DNA of 64,000 nt, taken from NCBI RefSeq assembly GCF_033153115.1, contig NW_026889764.1, positions 14,074,001 through 14,138,000 of the forward strand. Reading direction: 5' to 3'. This document shows positions 1-14,500 of this stretch, one piece after another. Each line of letters starts with the position of its first letter. Within the stretch, counting starts at the first letter, position 1. The stretch comes from Saccostrea echinata (taxonomy: Eukaryota). Position numbers and translations under genes: made by a program. The notes under the pieces are model-generated. The model was not told where the DNA came from, ran no database searches, and saw only the letters and a list, made by a program, of their open reading frames with translations.

Positions 1-2340
1 TAGCAAAATAATTTTTTTTTTTCTTCCTAAGTTTTGTCACCAATAAAACGTCTTTTCATGTGAAATGCAGAAAAAAATAGTGAGTTTGTTAAGATTTTGT
101 TCAAACTTCAGAGGGATACCGCAATGCTTTTTTTCAATACATGTAGTATGTACAAGCTCGATTTATTCGATATCGTAGTTTTTACGGGGCAATTCAAACA
201 TTATTAATTAGGAAAGGATCAATATAAAGAAGGAGAGTGTGTCATAAAACGATAAATCAAAAGGGTCATTCTAGGAAGTGCCATTCGTATGTGCTTCTAC
301 ACAAACATTATACATTATAAATAATGAATATTGTCTTGTTCAGTTTGTCGATGATGAGATTTACAGGAAATGGAAATGTTTTGCAATACTCGTATTTCAA
401 GAAAGTAAATATTCTTTGATATTTATTTTAAATAAATTATTTACATAAATAATTTGATTTCAAAATGTCAAAACTTTGATAAGCCATGGTTCTGCTCCTT
501 ATTTTAAGTTGAAAGATGGATGAATCCATGGTCATCATAGGATCGTTAGCGAGTTTAAGACTGTTGCATCCTTTCTACTTTCCTTAAACTTGTATCGGAG
601 TTAAACAATACAGTCCGAGGTTTTTCTTTACTTTTCCATTGACGATACTGAAACACAAATATTTATGATCAGATTTCTTCATAAAGTGGACATTTTCCTC
701 CGTTGAAAGCACTCTAAGTCACTGATATGACACAGACAAAAAATCGCATTTTTGTCGACCTTCCTTTTTTCGTTTACTTTGAAAAAATAACACTTTCTTT
801 TATCTCCTTAAGTTATACGCCAAGTTAACCATTTTTCTTATGAATTTGAAAAGCAATTGCGTATTATTTGATTTTTCTTGCATTCATAGGAATAAAGTAA
901 TACTATTTAATACAATAAATAGCCTCTGTTTAATAACTATCTAAAATATTACAAGGCAATTGACGTAAAATGTTAAGAGTGTGTCATAAAATAATTACCA
1001 AAATGGCTGTTCTAGGAACTTGCATCATTTTGTGGTTCTACAAAAACCATACACCTAAAGAATTAAAAGTATGGTCTCGTTCAGTTTGTAGATGATGAAT
1101 TTCACAGGAAATGGAGATACCGTGCATTATTTCACAAAATGTTAGAATAGTTTGGTTTTATGACTTTTCAAAATTGCAAATTTGAATTCAGGGTGATGAA
1201 ACTTTGACAACCCATGGTGACCGCATAGCTTCTGCTTCTTATTTGAAGTTGGAAGAAGTCTTCGTCATCATAGGCACATTAAGGGAGTTAGTTGTTTGTA
1301 ACTTTAGCATCGTATTTTAAATTCATTCTTTTAACAGAAGACGGAAGCACAGATTTGTATGATAAGAGTTTCTTCATGAAATAAACATTCCTTTACTGTT
1401 TAGGAAATATGAGTCTTTAATATCACACTGAAAGAGTCCTCGTTTTTCGACCTCCATCGTTCATCATTTACCATTTTGGAAAATATTTTTTCGTCATTTC
1501 TCTTCTCAGCTTTTGTTCACGATAAAACCCATTTTCATATCAATCCCAAAAAAATGATCGCATATGTTCAGATTTTCCTAGACTTTAATTAGATAGAATT
1601 TGGCAGTGCTTTTTATAGCATTAAAAGGTCGATTAATTCGATGTCTTAGATACTAGGGGACAATGCATATATGATTAGGAGAGGATAAATTAAAAAGCAG
1701 AGTGTGTCATAAAACTATAAATTAAAAGGATCATTGAAGAAAGTGCCATCATTGTGTGTTTCTACACAAACACCTTGCATTTATATATTAAGAATACTGT
1801 CTTTGTTAAGTGTGTCAATGAAGTTAACACGAAATTGCAGTATTTCACGAACTAAATATTCTTTGATTTTTATTTTAAATATTCAAATGGCAAGTTTGAT
1901 TTCAGGACGATGAAACTTTGTTAACCAATGGTGACCACATAGCTTCTGCTAATTATTTTAAGTTGGAAGATGGGGGAATTCATGATACTCACGTCAGGAG
2001 GGTAAGATTGTTGCAACCTGGGCATATCTTTTTTTTTACATTGCATTCTTTTATCATCATAGCGGAGTAAAACAACAATATCTATTGTCTTCCATTACTT
2101 TTCCATTCAAAATACGGAAGCACAGCTGTTTGTGATAAGATTTTTTTTATGAAATGGATATTCCTTTCCTTTTTAACCAATCTGAGTTACTGGTGTGAGA
2201 GAAAAAAATCTTCTTCTATTTGTTCGACCGTCGTTCATCATTTACGATTTGCTTTTTTCTTCATTTCTCTCGTCAACTTTAGCCCCAGATAAAATGATTT
2301 TTCAAATGAATCGCAAAACAATCGCAAATGTTCAGATTTT
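1..2340. repeat. Degenerate tandem array of ~730-bp units (about 3 copies)
   Basis: Anchors recur in the same order: gagtgtgtcataaaa at ~235, ~977, ~1699, and aaactttga..ccatggt..gcttctgct..tatttNaagttggaaga at ~471, ~1199, ~1913. Confidence 0.8.
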
Positions 2341-3849
2341 CCCAGCCGTGTAGCAACCGCTGATGATGCAACGCCGCTTAATGATACAAATATTATTAAG
2401 AATTTCTTATGCAACGCTTCGTGCCTTTAATTAGTGCATTCTTGACATTCTCAACCGCTTATGCTAAATAGCCGCTTATTCATAGAATCATATCATTAAG
2501 CAAAATATAATACACTGCTACAAATAACATCTTTTTTCTAGTATTCCAGTCCGAATGATTTTTAACAATCAGAGCATAAAAAAAATACACAATGTTCAAG
2601 CTGCCCAAAATGTAAAATAAAAACATGATTGGGAGAATGAATCTTTTTCAAAATCGGTTAGGCGTTCAGTCTTTAAATAAAATAAACAGCAAAGACATTT
2701 TGAGGAAAAGGGTTGTGGCAAAATATCTTGCTGCCTGCTTGAACTAATATGGATACTTTCACATATATTTATCTCTCATTAGTCATTGAGAGAGAAAAAT
2801 GTTTATTGCAGTATGTATGTGTAATCGAAAGTTGCTCCCAATAATTATTCAAGAATCTTTTATTTCAAATTTCAGAATCCAAACAGATCCACAAAAAGGA
2901 AGGACAAAAATGTCGCTTGCTCTTTCAGAGGAGGAAAGGTTTACGTCATCAAACCTTAGGGGGGAATGAACCTTAGGGGGGAATGAAGAAATTAAATTCA
3001 TATTGCCTTGCATATAAAATGTGGAACTCTTTTTTCTCCACACTCTGTAAAATATTTTAAACCCTAGTGTTGGCCCAACACTGACCACAGCTCCAGTGAA
3101 CAGGGCTCAATATGTATGATATAAAAAAAAATGTTACATAATTTGGCAGTTTATTTCAACAAAATTTTAATATTTGTAATGAAGACACATTCTAGACACT
3201 ATGAGGATAGTTAACATAATAATCAATTCATATTCTTTGGCTTTTAGCAAAACAGTCATATATGTACACTTTATGCAAATTCATACATATGATGTTTGGT
3301 TCATGCATATGTTTATGTGAAGGTATTTGATCAATTCAATATTCGTTGGGTTTTTTTTTTTTTTTGTTTTGGAAAGATGTCATCTGTAAACTTAGAATGC
3401 ACTATGATCGCAGGAATACGGGAAAGAACAACAATTTGTGTAAAATATATGTCAATATTTTGAAAGTCGTAAAAACGAATTTGAAATAAAAACAAATATT
3501 TCATTTGTGATATATGTACAAAAGGGCATATACTCTGCTTGAATTAAAATCAGCAAAATTCAAAACAAAACATTTGCATCTTTCTTTAAAAATATTTCAA
3601 ACCTGTATCAATTACATTTCAACTGCAGAATAAAATCTTTAAAAATCACCATATCTTGGATTCATTCACATCGGAGTCTGCTAGCATGTGTTTCAGTCTC
3701 CAATTGTTCCTTTTGTATCTTCTGATTGTATACACATGCATAATAAAGGTCTCAACTGGAAGCTTAAGGCATTGATGATTTTGTCTTCTTTCATAAATGG
3801 TTGATAACGAACTGTAATCAAGCTCAAAAGTTCATCAAAATAATGCAAA

Positions 3850-4610
3850 TTTGGAGCAGAGCAAACACAGATCTCTAAAAACATCAGAGGTAGGATCAGA
3901 TGCCATAGAAGGATAAGCATTACAAGCTTGTCATGATCGGGGAAAAAAGGGAAAAGATCCGTACACAATTCAGGGAAAATGATGGTCTAACAATCTGTAT
4001 GAAAAACGTCAGTCAACATTCGACTTAATAATAGAATGTATTTGTTGACAAGGTCATTCCATTGACCACTGAATTTGAAAAAAAATGTTGCATTGACTTT
4101 AAACAAGACTGTTGATATCATTGTTTCATCAACTTATTCGAATTCGTCAATAGCTTGCCTCGTTTTAGAAATTGTTCGTATGTAGAGCATGTTTTGCATA
4201 TCGAATCAACTAAGAGAGATATAAACTCTATATGCAGGTGATAATGGTATATTGCTTGATAAACAAGGGAAGTTGACGATAGAAAATTGAAGTCCTTCCG
4301 TTTCTCATAATGTTTTGTTGTTAGGTTATCATTAACATCTTATTTAGTAAAATATTCAGAAATCCAAACAAAATTTAAAAACAAATGTGTCAGACTTCTT
4401 GGTATCTTTTCTTTCGAATTCAAAGGGATATATCGAATCAACGCAGGAATGAAAATGGATATAGTAAATAGATAAAATGTCGACCATACATCTAAATGTT
4501 GAATTGAAGGTCACAGCAATAGACATCTTTTTATTTAGAAGTTTGTGAATAAATTTTGCTTCATATGAATACAAAAATAGGTCTGCTTATCACAGGGCAC
4601 AATTAGATCT
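3850..4610 (-). mobile_element. Degraded Penelope-like (Naiad-type) retroelement, RT C-terminal fragment plus 3' module
   Basis: ORF 4356-4574 (YSYEAKFI...VTFNSTFR...DSIYP) is homologous to the RT at 57610-58356. The 3' module ggagcagagcaaacac..gatcag is at ~3853. Confidence 0.75.
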
Positions 4611-4744
4611 AGATTTAAAAACCCAACAAACAAACAAAATCATTACAAATTCAAAGATTATATTACCTTGATATTACAGTTTCTTGTTCATATCTTGTTC
4701 ACAAATTTTATAACACCTTCTGTATTACTCAAATCTAGAACTTT

Positions 4745-4870
4745 ACAATGAAATATGAAGATAACGAATAGTATTCAATCTGGAAAGTCCAATGAAATGA
4801 TACAAATTTGGAGCAGAGCAAACACGGACGTCAAAATTTAGTGGTGGGATCAGGTGCCGTGGAGGAGGGA
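4745..4870 (-). mobile_element. Solo 3' module fragment of the Penelope-like family
   Basis: gaaatatgaagataacgaa...ggagcagagcaaacacggac...gggatcaggtgcc matches 57390-57505. Confidence 0.7.
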
Positions 4871-7364
4871 TACAATGAGTTAATGAGAATATTTTCAGTA
4901 TAACACTTGTTTATTTGAAACACTTTGCAATTTCTGAAAAAAAAAATAAATATGAAAGATGGATACTATTAACTAAAAGATCATGAAATGGCAGTAACTC
5001 GACATTTTTAATTCAGAAAACATACATGTATCCATCTTTAAATATTGATTTGACATTTTTCTTAATGTTTTGTTTTACAAAGAAATCCACATCTATCTAA
5101 AAAATATGACTTTCTGCAAAATCCTGACCTTTAGGGTCACAGTTTTAATAACCTGAATCTACAAACATGCATGCTTGTGTTCGCATATTTAAAAATTGTT
5201 ACTGTGGCTAAATTTGCCATTAACCATTAAGACGAGAATGATTTTTTACTTTCTTGGTACATCTAAGTTGAACTATTTATGACCTCAACCTACGCCTGTA
5301 GCATTGGAGCAGAGCAAATATGACCGTACGCAATAAGAATTTGCTTTCAAAAACATTAAGAATTTCTGATGTTGGATGAGTGATTTATATTAACTAATTT
5401 TCCCTTGAATTCGTGATCATTTCTCCTTGAAGAAAAAAATGCCGATCTCAATCAGAACTTAAATCTTCTTTAGTCATTAGGAAAAATCAAAGAAAATGCA
5501 ATTAACATAAATTTTTGTACTCGTGAACTTTTTTTTTCCAAAAAATTAAGATCCTGTCCCACTCGAGACTGTTCATTTTCATTTATAGATCAATATTTTT
5601 ATTTCCAAATAATATTTCTTAGATGAACCTATTGAAGAGAAAATATGTACAATTTTGTATGAACTTATCAGGGGGTCAGAGGTCATAGCGTGGCCGAATC
5701 ACACGGCGGGATGATATTTCGCCTACATATTTTTGTTACAGTGAAACTGGTTTCGGAACTTTCAGCTTAATAGCAATGACAAAGATAATGTAATTAAAAC
5801 ATATGGATGATTTTTCTTCACCAACGGACGTCCGTTAGATCTTCCTTCGGTGTGAAGAATGGTTTTAATATTAATTAAAATCGCGTTTACCTTTCTTACC
5901 CGAAATTCCTTTGAAGGTAACTATGGAAACTGAAACAGACGATACTATCGCTTTGACTCAACATATATGTAATAGGGTTCGTTGAATAAAAACGAAGTTG
6001 ATCCTTGATTCATAGTGGTATTTAATAGATAATAGTAACCATGGTAACAGTACAATATGGCAGAGTAGAGTAGTATAGTAGACCCTGTAATAACAATAAC
6101 AATTATTAGACAAGTTAAAAATACACATTTAACTCCATTATAGTACATCATCATTATAATAAATCCCATACTTTATAATTCATATTCTCTTTGAATTAAA
6201 TTGATATAAAAATAATTACCACTTCTTTATCACAGATCAATTTATCATAAAAATAATTCCTTTATAAATTTAGTCATTTAAAATGAAAAAAATCATAATA
6301 ATTATCAAAATCATTATCTGATATTAGATAATTCTGAATCAAATAATCTTATGTGATTTCATATTGAACATTAACAAAAATACAATTTCATGCATTGGAC
6401 ATAAACACATGACATTTAATTCAACATAAAATATAGACATGCATGACAAATACTCAAAAATAAGTTCTGTCAACACATACATATAATGGAACAACACATA
6501 AACATAAAACACATAAATTATTTAATATGGTTAAAATGTCTGGATGTACATACTAGCTGTTATACATATAGCTATGACAGTCCTATAAGGAATGCATAAC
6601 AATGAATAATCTCCCTTAGCTGCTATAAAAATCTTTAATAATAATAACTGCTTTATTTAATGAAAAATACCCAGGCTTTTAAATTGAAAGAATTATTTAA
6701 ATTATATGAAACAAAAGATAAAATTCCTAATTTTACTATTAATCACATTACAGTTATATAAGTTATTTGTAAAAATAGTTTTACAACTTTAAGCTCATTT
6801 ATTCATTTCACTCAGTCCTACATATATACAATTTAATCCTTGAATTAGAGTGAAATGTCTGATAAAATATTTATATTGCTCATTTACACAATCTCTCAAA
6901 TTTGCATTCACCATTTAAACACCTTTTTCATTCACTTTCACATAAACATACAAAATTACAATCATACATGAAAATAATATTAAGAACAGACCTGAAGTTC
7001 TGGAATTGAACAATCAAAGAAAATAAACTGCTACACCCAAATTGACTGAAATCAGGAAAATCTAGACATCCTGTCAGTTTGGACACAAAGACTGGTATGA
7101 CCAGTTCTGCCCAAAAATACACTGCCCACAAAAAGATTTCCCTCCAAAAACCTCGACCAATGAAATCTCACTGATGGGTTACTTCATAGGTCACGGACCT
7201 CTCAAAGTTTATTACTATAAATACTATAAGGGAAACATTTTTTTCATACTAAAGTAATTCCTAAATAATTATATCATCTAAAGTATAATTTACCTTAAAT
7301 AAATAATATTTTGCTGAAATATAAATATTAAGTTTAATTAAATAAATGTCCCAGACATTTGTTG

Positions 7365-7585
7365 CGACTGTGGAACGTGGAGACCGGTCTTTCAGATGAG
7401 ACTGTATAAACCGAGGTCCTGTGTTGCAGTAGGTTCTGGCACGAAAAAGATTCCACACTGCTCAATGGCCCTAAGTGCCGAGTATAGGTCAAAATTTGCA
7501 GCTCTCAACCTGCAAGTGGTGGCGTCTCCATATGAGTGTAAAATTCTCGAAATGGACGTTAAACAACAAACAATCAATCAATCCT
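7365..7585 (+). mobile_element. 5'-truncated tRNA-derived SINE (V-domain type)
   Basis: Matches the body of 29547-29845 (gatgagac..taaaccgaggtcc..gtgt) and ends in a (caat)n tail. Confidence 0.8.
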
Positions 7586-7719
7586 GATACAATTAAAAAC
7601 AAACACACAAAGGTTGTGATGAAATAGATAGGAACACAAAGAGTTTAATTTCTCGAGTAAAACATGTACTAAGTAAATTGTTAAACTTTTCCCTCGCCAT
7701 TCGAGTTTACCAACATATA

Positions 7720-8801
7720 CGAGGGTTGTCCAAAACGTTCGTGGACACATGCTTAATTTTCTTAAAAAAGTCCGCAATAGCAAAAGTGTACGATAATATC
7801 TTAATATAGACCATGATTTAGTAAATATATAGAAAATTAAACAATGCGCACTATTTTATGAACATTATAGGTGTAAATACTTTGTATATACAAGCCGCAC
7901 GGCCCAGTCTGACGTAACGCTAATTTCATGATAACGTCAAAAATATGGATTTTGAATTTTTACTACATGTTCATAGACACACGCTAATTTTCTTTATTAT
8001 GCCACACTGCCAAGTGTGTGCAATAATATTTATCTATAGACCATAATTGATTACTTTTTTTAAAATTCAAGACAATACACGATAATTGACGAGCGTCATC
8101 AATATAAACAGTTCGTATACTCGGGCTGCACAGCCTGTCCGACGGCGCTAGATTTAGAACAACGTCATGAACAGGGATATCTTATTTTCATCAAATAACA
8201 GTGGTTTTCCACTTCTTGTAGTGTCTCCGAAATTTTACACACCGTTGAAAAATCGTATACATCAATTTTAAATCAATGAACTAAATATATTCCAATAATT
8301 TCAAGTTGTTTGAATAAATATTCTGTGTCTGATGTCGTTTCCACCATATTAAACCATAATTGTATGATTGGACGCTGTTCCGTTCGGATTGCCGACGTCA
8401 CTTTTTCTGTCAATTTTTGAAACGTACTTCTTGCGGTTTTTGCTTAATATTCTCACTGTCTATTTAGTAAGCGATACTAAAGATGTCGGAAAATGACGAT
8501 AGCCGTTTTATTTGCGACACATTTAATTTGTATTAAGCTTTGACTCGTTTTATAAAGAAAATAATCATTTTAATCAGAACACTTTTTTAAAAAGTTTATG
8601 GCATTTTAACCCTGGTCCGTGCTCACTAGCTGCAACCTTTAATGACCGTTTTTTTTTTACAAAAATATTAAGTTCAAACAATAAAAACCAAACTATTCTG
8701 ACTTGGATTTTATAACTAATATTTGGTATACAATAAGTATATCGTGAACCATTCATTTTGACAAAAACGCCATTGTCCACGAACTTTTTGGACAACCCTC
8801 G
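7720..8801. mobile_element. Non-autonomous Tc1/mariner element
   Basis: TIRs cgagggttgtccaaaacgttcgtggaca / tgtccacgaactttttggacaaccctcg, with TA on both flanks. No transposase ORF. Confidence 0.9.
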
Positions 8802-8829
8802 TACTTAAAATATAAAATCCAATGTAACA

Positions 8830-9212
8830 TTTTTATCCCTATAGTGATCCTACCCTACTACCCTTCCCTTCAGGGTATTGATTTGAACAAATTTGATGCA
8901 ATGTCAGAGAGCTTTCATGTCTGGTTTGTAATAATTGAGAAGAAGATTCTGAAATTACCTAAACATATTTATGTCATTTATTAAGTAGCTCCCTTGGAAG
9001 GGGGTTTGGCCCTTCCTTTTAACAAACTTTAATCCCCTTTATTCAAAAAATACTTTGCACCAAGTTGGTTGATATTGGCCCAGTGAATCCAAAGAAGATG
9101 TGAATTCTTTACAAAAATGAAAACAAAGACAACAATGATCACAATGATTACAACAATACACAATTAATAAACAAATTTCAATCCTAAACTCCTCTGAGCC
9201 TTGGTCCAAGCC
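8830..9212 (+). mobile_element. Helentron/Helitron-N-like element with degenerate oyster Cg170-like satellite units
   Basis: ggcccttccttttaacaaactttaatcccc...caccaagttggttgatattggcccagtg..agaagatg resembles the oyster ~166-bp satellite/HINE monomer. It is followed by an (aca)n-like tract and a ctgagccttgg hairpin remnant. Recognised from memory. Confidence 0.6.
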
Positions 9213-11560
9213 ATTGGGTCTTCTATATTTAACAAGTCCTTGATATGTACATTTAAATAGCTCAAATTAGTCTGTGTATGTCTGGATGTGAGTTGACTGA
9301 CACTGAACTAAGGATTTTCTTAACATTAACTTGTTAGTGCATAATTGACTTAATTTTGAGAGGGAGGTCTTGAACTCATGATTGATAAATTGTCCAAATC
9401 TATGTATCATCATTGTGTTTCACCAGAGTTGTATTGGGTGAGATACAGCTCCAAAACTCTCTGAAATGGTATGGCTGTAGAGACCTGAAAGTTTATACTC
9501 AACGTTTAGATGCTTATCAATATAAAGTTGATAGTCATTCACCATTATATAAAATTCTTTGGAATAACTTAATATGATGTATGAAAAAGCACATAAAAAA
9601 TCAGTACCTGAAAAAAAACATTTTACAGCGTTTAAATTTACTTAGAATAGTAAATTGTTGCAGACTTTTTTAATCACTATTTTAAGTGTACAAACTTCCT
9701 CTACCAGTTTGCTACAAACCAGCCTGAACAACTTAAGAAATGTGAATATTAGTTTTGTTAAAGACTTCAGAGATTATAGTTTTTTCAACAAGTTTTCCAA
9801 AATGGTAAATGCATTTCTAAGGATTTCAACATGTTGAAAGTAATTTATTTGTGATAATCTTGTGCGCTGTAAAGATTATTTGCCATAGTATTTACCTGTT
9901 ATATAATAAAAAGCACATAGTCATATTAATCACTGTAATAAAAAAAACATAACCAGATTCGGGTGGGGATGGGGGGGGGGTGTGAGGGTTGGGGTGGTGA
10001 TCCCGGCATTGAATTGCCATCTCTTTATATATTTCAGATATATAGCTTTCACTGTCATCACTTCGATGTAATAAAGGTAAAATTAGTACTTCATTTACAT
10101 GTCAAAGTTCTCTAACTGTTCATATTCCTCAGCTTCAGTATGTTCATGGGCTTTACCTAAACTCCAACCTAACACAGTCCTTGACCCTCTGTGGACATTA
10201 ATGGTACCTACACCCCTCCCCAACCAATAGTGCCCTCTCTAACGCAAAATCCATCAGTGCCGATAAAAGTAAACTATTTTAAAGAAATAAAATTATGATG
10301 AGTAACATAACGGATTGTAACAACACACAAATATATCTTTTGTAATCATATTCTCTCAGTTAATTTGTTCACATTTGTCTGCAGTTCGTCAGATGTACAT
10401 ATAGGTTATTTATCGTAAATATACTGTACATAGCTACGTGTAATTGATATTGTATTTGATTTAAATACCGGAACGGTGTAAATGGACTTCGAGAACATAA
10501 TTCCCACCCCTCAACAAAAAAAAAAGGGAAAGAAAGAAAGAAAAAAGAAAATTAGAAGGCTCAGTCTCTACGACTGGAAATGATAATGTGATAATCATAA
10601 TAAATGTATTATAGTGAATATGACTTGGATTTTATTCTTTGATACGAGAATGATCTGAGTTAAATCTTTATGCATACTGTCTTCTACCAAACATCATGTG
10701 GTCACATGCAAGGTTGGGTTCAAATACTTTGAAAACGTAATTAAATGCTTTCCAATACTTTGATAATTTTCTCAATTACTATGCAATACAATTACATTGA
10801 TTTTTACAAACGTAATGAATTACTCTCAATTACTATGACGAATGAATCAAATATGTTTCAAATACTTAAGTTTAATCTGAAAAATCTTGACCAATTAAAT
10901 GTAGATTTAAGGTAGGAGTACATGTATATTTTAAATAAATAACGTCAGGTGCCTATGATTTTAGTGTGTTTCATCAACACAAGACCTACATGTACATGTT
11001 TTATTGTCAGCCTTTATGAAATTTGACTATAAGAAAATTTTCAATAGTAAAAGAATCAAAAGCAAACTACTCTCAAATTATTTCATTTGAAGGTAAGCTT
11101 AACACATTAGATTGCAAATGTTGACAATTTTCATACAATAAATAATGCTTCTATTAGATAATAACTATTTCAGATACTACTTCAGATATTAAGTTCTGTC
11201 AATATTTTAAAAAGATGTTTGTTTTTTTTTTTAAAAATCAAGTTTATAAAAAGTGAAGCATTCTTAAAGGTATTTAATAAATCACCTCTTAAGACCATAT
11301 CTTTGAAGTTAAACAAAAATGGTATAAATAAAACTTTCGAAGATTTTTTTTATAACAATTCAGCTATGATTTGAAGGGCAACAAGGCAGGTCTTAATGAA
11401 ACATAAAACCATTTCCTTTGATTCTTTAAATTGTCGATATTTGTCGTTTATTTCCCCTAACTAACACATAGGTGGCGCAATGCTCGTTAACGTTCAAGCT
11501 TACTTCCGGTTTCTTTAATATCATAAACAAGAAGTTGTAGAAACGAGCATTTAAGCTGAA

Positions 11561-14500
11561 ATGCCGTCTTGTTGTTGTGTGTCGGGGTGCTCAACTCGCG
11601 GGGGACTCAGCTTTCCTAAAGATGCGGCATTGAAAAAGCTGTGGATTATTGCCATTAAAAGAAATAGTAATTTAAATAAACACAAGTTATGGTCCCCACA
11701 TCCACGGAGCGTAGTGTGTCATTTGCATTTCAAGGACGAGGACTTCGTTACAGAAACTAGATACGGTGGGTTGAATTTATGTCTGTTATAAAAGAGATTT
11801 TTATCTATTATTTTTTTTTTGTTTCTTAATTCATGATTACATGAGCAATACTGTCGTTTTACGACCCGAATTTCCAATTTTCAAAATGGTCAGAAAGTCT
11901 TGTTAACACAAATGCCCTAGCTTTATTTGTTAATTATTATTGTATAGAATTACACAGAATAATAATTATAATATAGATTCTCATAGAAATAACGACAGTA
12001 TTTCAACTTGTTTTTGTTTATCTTTTTTTTTTTCAAGAAAATTGTTATTTATTTCATGTTACATGCTGTTAAATTTAAACTTCATGGAACAGCCTCCCAT
12101 ATTGATTAGAAATTTGACGTCAATCAAAATATGAAATGAAATTGCCAATTTCTTTTTAATTATAAAAAGTTGGCATTGTTATGTCTATTTTGATATGTCA
12201 TATGAAACTGCGGGAACTCTGACTACAAATGCAGACAGCACAATGACAGATTACTGGCCTCTGAAATCAGCATATCCAAACAACAAATCATGGAAGGAGG
12301 GCTGTCCGAAGAAAGTCAAAGACATACCTCACAGGATAAGATATTTTTGCATCTCCATTATCATATAAAGAAATGTTATGATCACATAATCAAATTTTGA
12401 TACACTCAAGCTACGTCTACGAAATAGTACTGTTTTTATTCTTTATTTAATATTAAATTGACGTGTGTCAACATGACTTGACTCTAAGAGATGCAATATA
12501 ATCAGTACATGTAAGTCTGTACATGTGTAATACTGCCTAATTGTACTTGTTAGTTTGAATGGATTTTTTTAGGTGCTGATCCTCTAAGAAGGCAAAGGAA
12601 GCCACATGCAGTGCCTTCAATATTTCCATGGAACAGTCAGAACACATCAAAGTCACTTGATGAGAGAAAGCAGAGACGCATTATGCGTGAAAAGAAAGTG
12701 GAGGAAGCATGTAGTAGCCCTGAAGAAATTATTTATGAGGATGACGCTGATCAGTGTGAAGAAAGTTTCAAATATACAGAAAGTTCATGTGAAAACTCTG
12801 CTGCAGTATATACAGATACTTCATGTCAAACAATGTCAACTCCAATAATGTCGATTGAAAATTTCATTAATGATAGCGAAGGTTTGATGTTCTATACAGG
12901 GCTCGGAACATACACTGATTTTTTGCATGTTCTTTATAGTTTAGGGGAGGCTGCATTTCATCTGAATTACATTTACAATCAAGTGCAGAATCTTTCAATT
13001 GAAAACCAGCTATTTCTAACTCTTATAAAACTGAGACAACATAAAACTAACTTTGAGCTTAGTAGGTTATTTTCAGTCTCTACAACAACTGTGGAAAACG
13101 TATGGCTAACATGGATCAACTTCATGTCCAGACAGTGGCGAGAGGTAAATTTTTGGCCTGATAGAGACTTGGTAAGTTTTTTTGCTCCAAGGGATTTTAC
13201 TCAAAGTTCCCAACAACACGTCTCGTAATCGATGGCACAGAGATTGCAGTCAAGAAGCCAAAGCCACCAGTTGCCCAACAGTCAACTTTCTCTACGTACA
13301 AGAACAGGAATACCGTGAAGGTTCTTATTGGCTCAACACCTGGTGGTCTTGTGTCTTTCATCTCTCCTGCCTATGGAGGTTCTGCAAGTGACCGCTAACT
13401 TGTGGAGCGCAGCCCCTTGCTGAATCTTTGTGAGCCTGGTGATTCCTTAATGTCAGATAAGGGTTTCAATGCGCAGCACTGTTAAGGCGTACTTCAAAGA
13501 AATCAACAGAATATAAACGTGCATAAATACATATCTTTTTAAACTGAATTTATTTTTGTAAAGGTTCTATATTATCTTATGACTTTAACATTCTTTGAAA
13601 TAACATTGTATACCCGCTCTGTACTGAATTTGGTTTGGTCACGTTATTTGATAGTCACGTGATAAATGCATGTAATGTGTACTGTATGTAGGTCACAAAC
13701 AAATTTCAATATCGCAAGGGCATACCCTAGTTAAAATTAAAAATAAAAGTAATACATTGTTTCTACATAACTTGTAGTTTATGGAAAGTGCTGCTGCTTT
13801 AAATAGAATTCGCATTTTATTAGTTTAAATTTCAAGTTATCTGGCTAATGTCGAAATATGTGTGACCTTTACAAAGTATTTTATGTATTTATTAAATCAT
13901 GCTATCGATTTCAGGAAAGCAGCAGCACTTTTCAAGTTAAGGAATACGTCCGTTATGTGTATTCAAAAAATGGTCAAGATCTATTAAGTGTATGCCCTTG
14001 CGAAAAGGCGATTTAATGAGGCACCTCGGCGTGAAACATGCACACCCTGTAGACAAAAACACGGTAGAATTAATTCAATACATTCTCTCGATATTTTTTA
14101 AATAATGGCACTAAACAAACGTTTCAGATTTGTATTAATGGTCTACATAAGATTTGCAAATAATATTCTGTTTAATAATAAAATGCATTTTTCACTGTGA
14201 AAAAATTACTTGATCCGCCTCTCACTGCACATAAAATGCGTCAAACTTTACCATGATGACGTCATGTCGACGAGTGCATTGCGATCAGTGACTTGTTTAT
14301 ATCTTGCTGTGTGGGATTTAACTAGCGACAAAAATGAATGCAGTAGTAAGTTTTGATGTAGTTCATTACTCTTATGCAGTTTAGATTCGCAAATTATTTC
14401 ATTTTCTGTTATTGTGAGGAATTGCTATATTTGTGTGATGTCACAGTAAACTTTTCCCGTATAAATTAGGCCCCGCCCCCTTTATGCAGCCTTAACAGAG

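Noticed and set aside
5670-7203. Possible Sola-like element (gggggtc...gacctctc)
   Set aside because: The terminal match is too short and there is no TSD.
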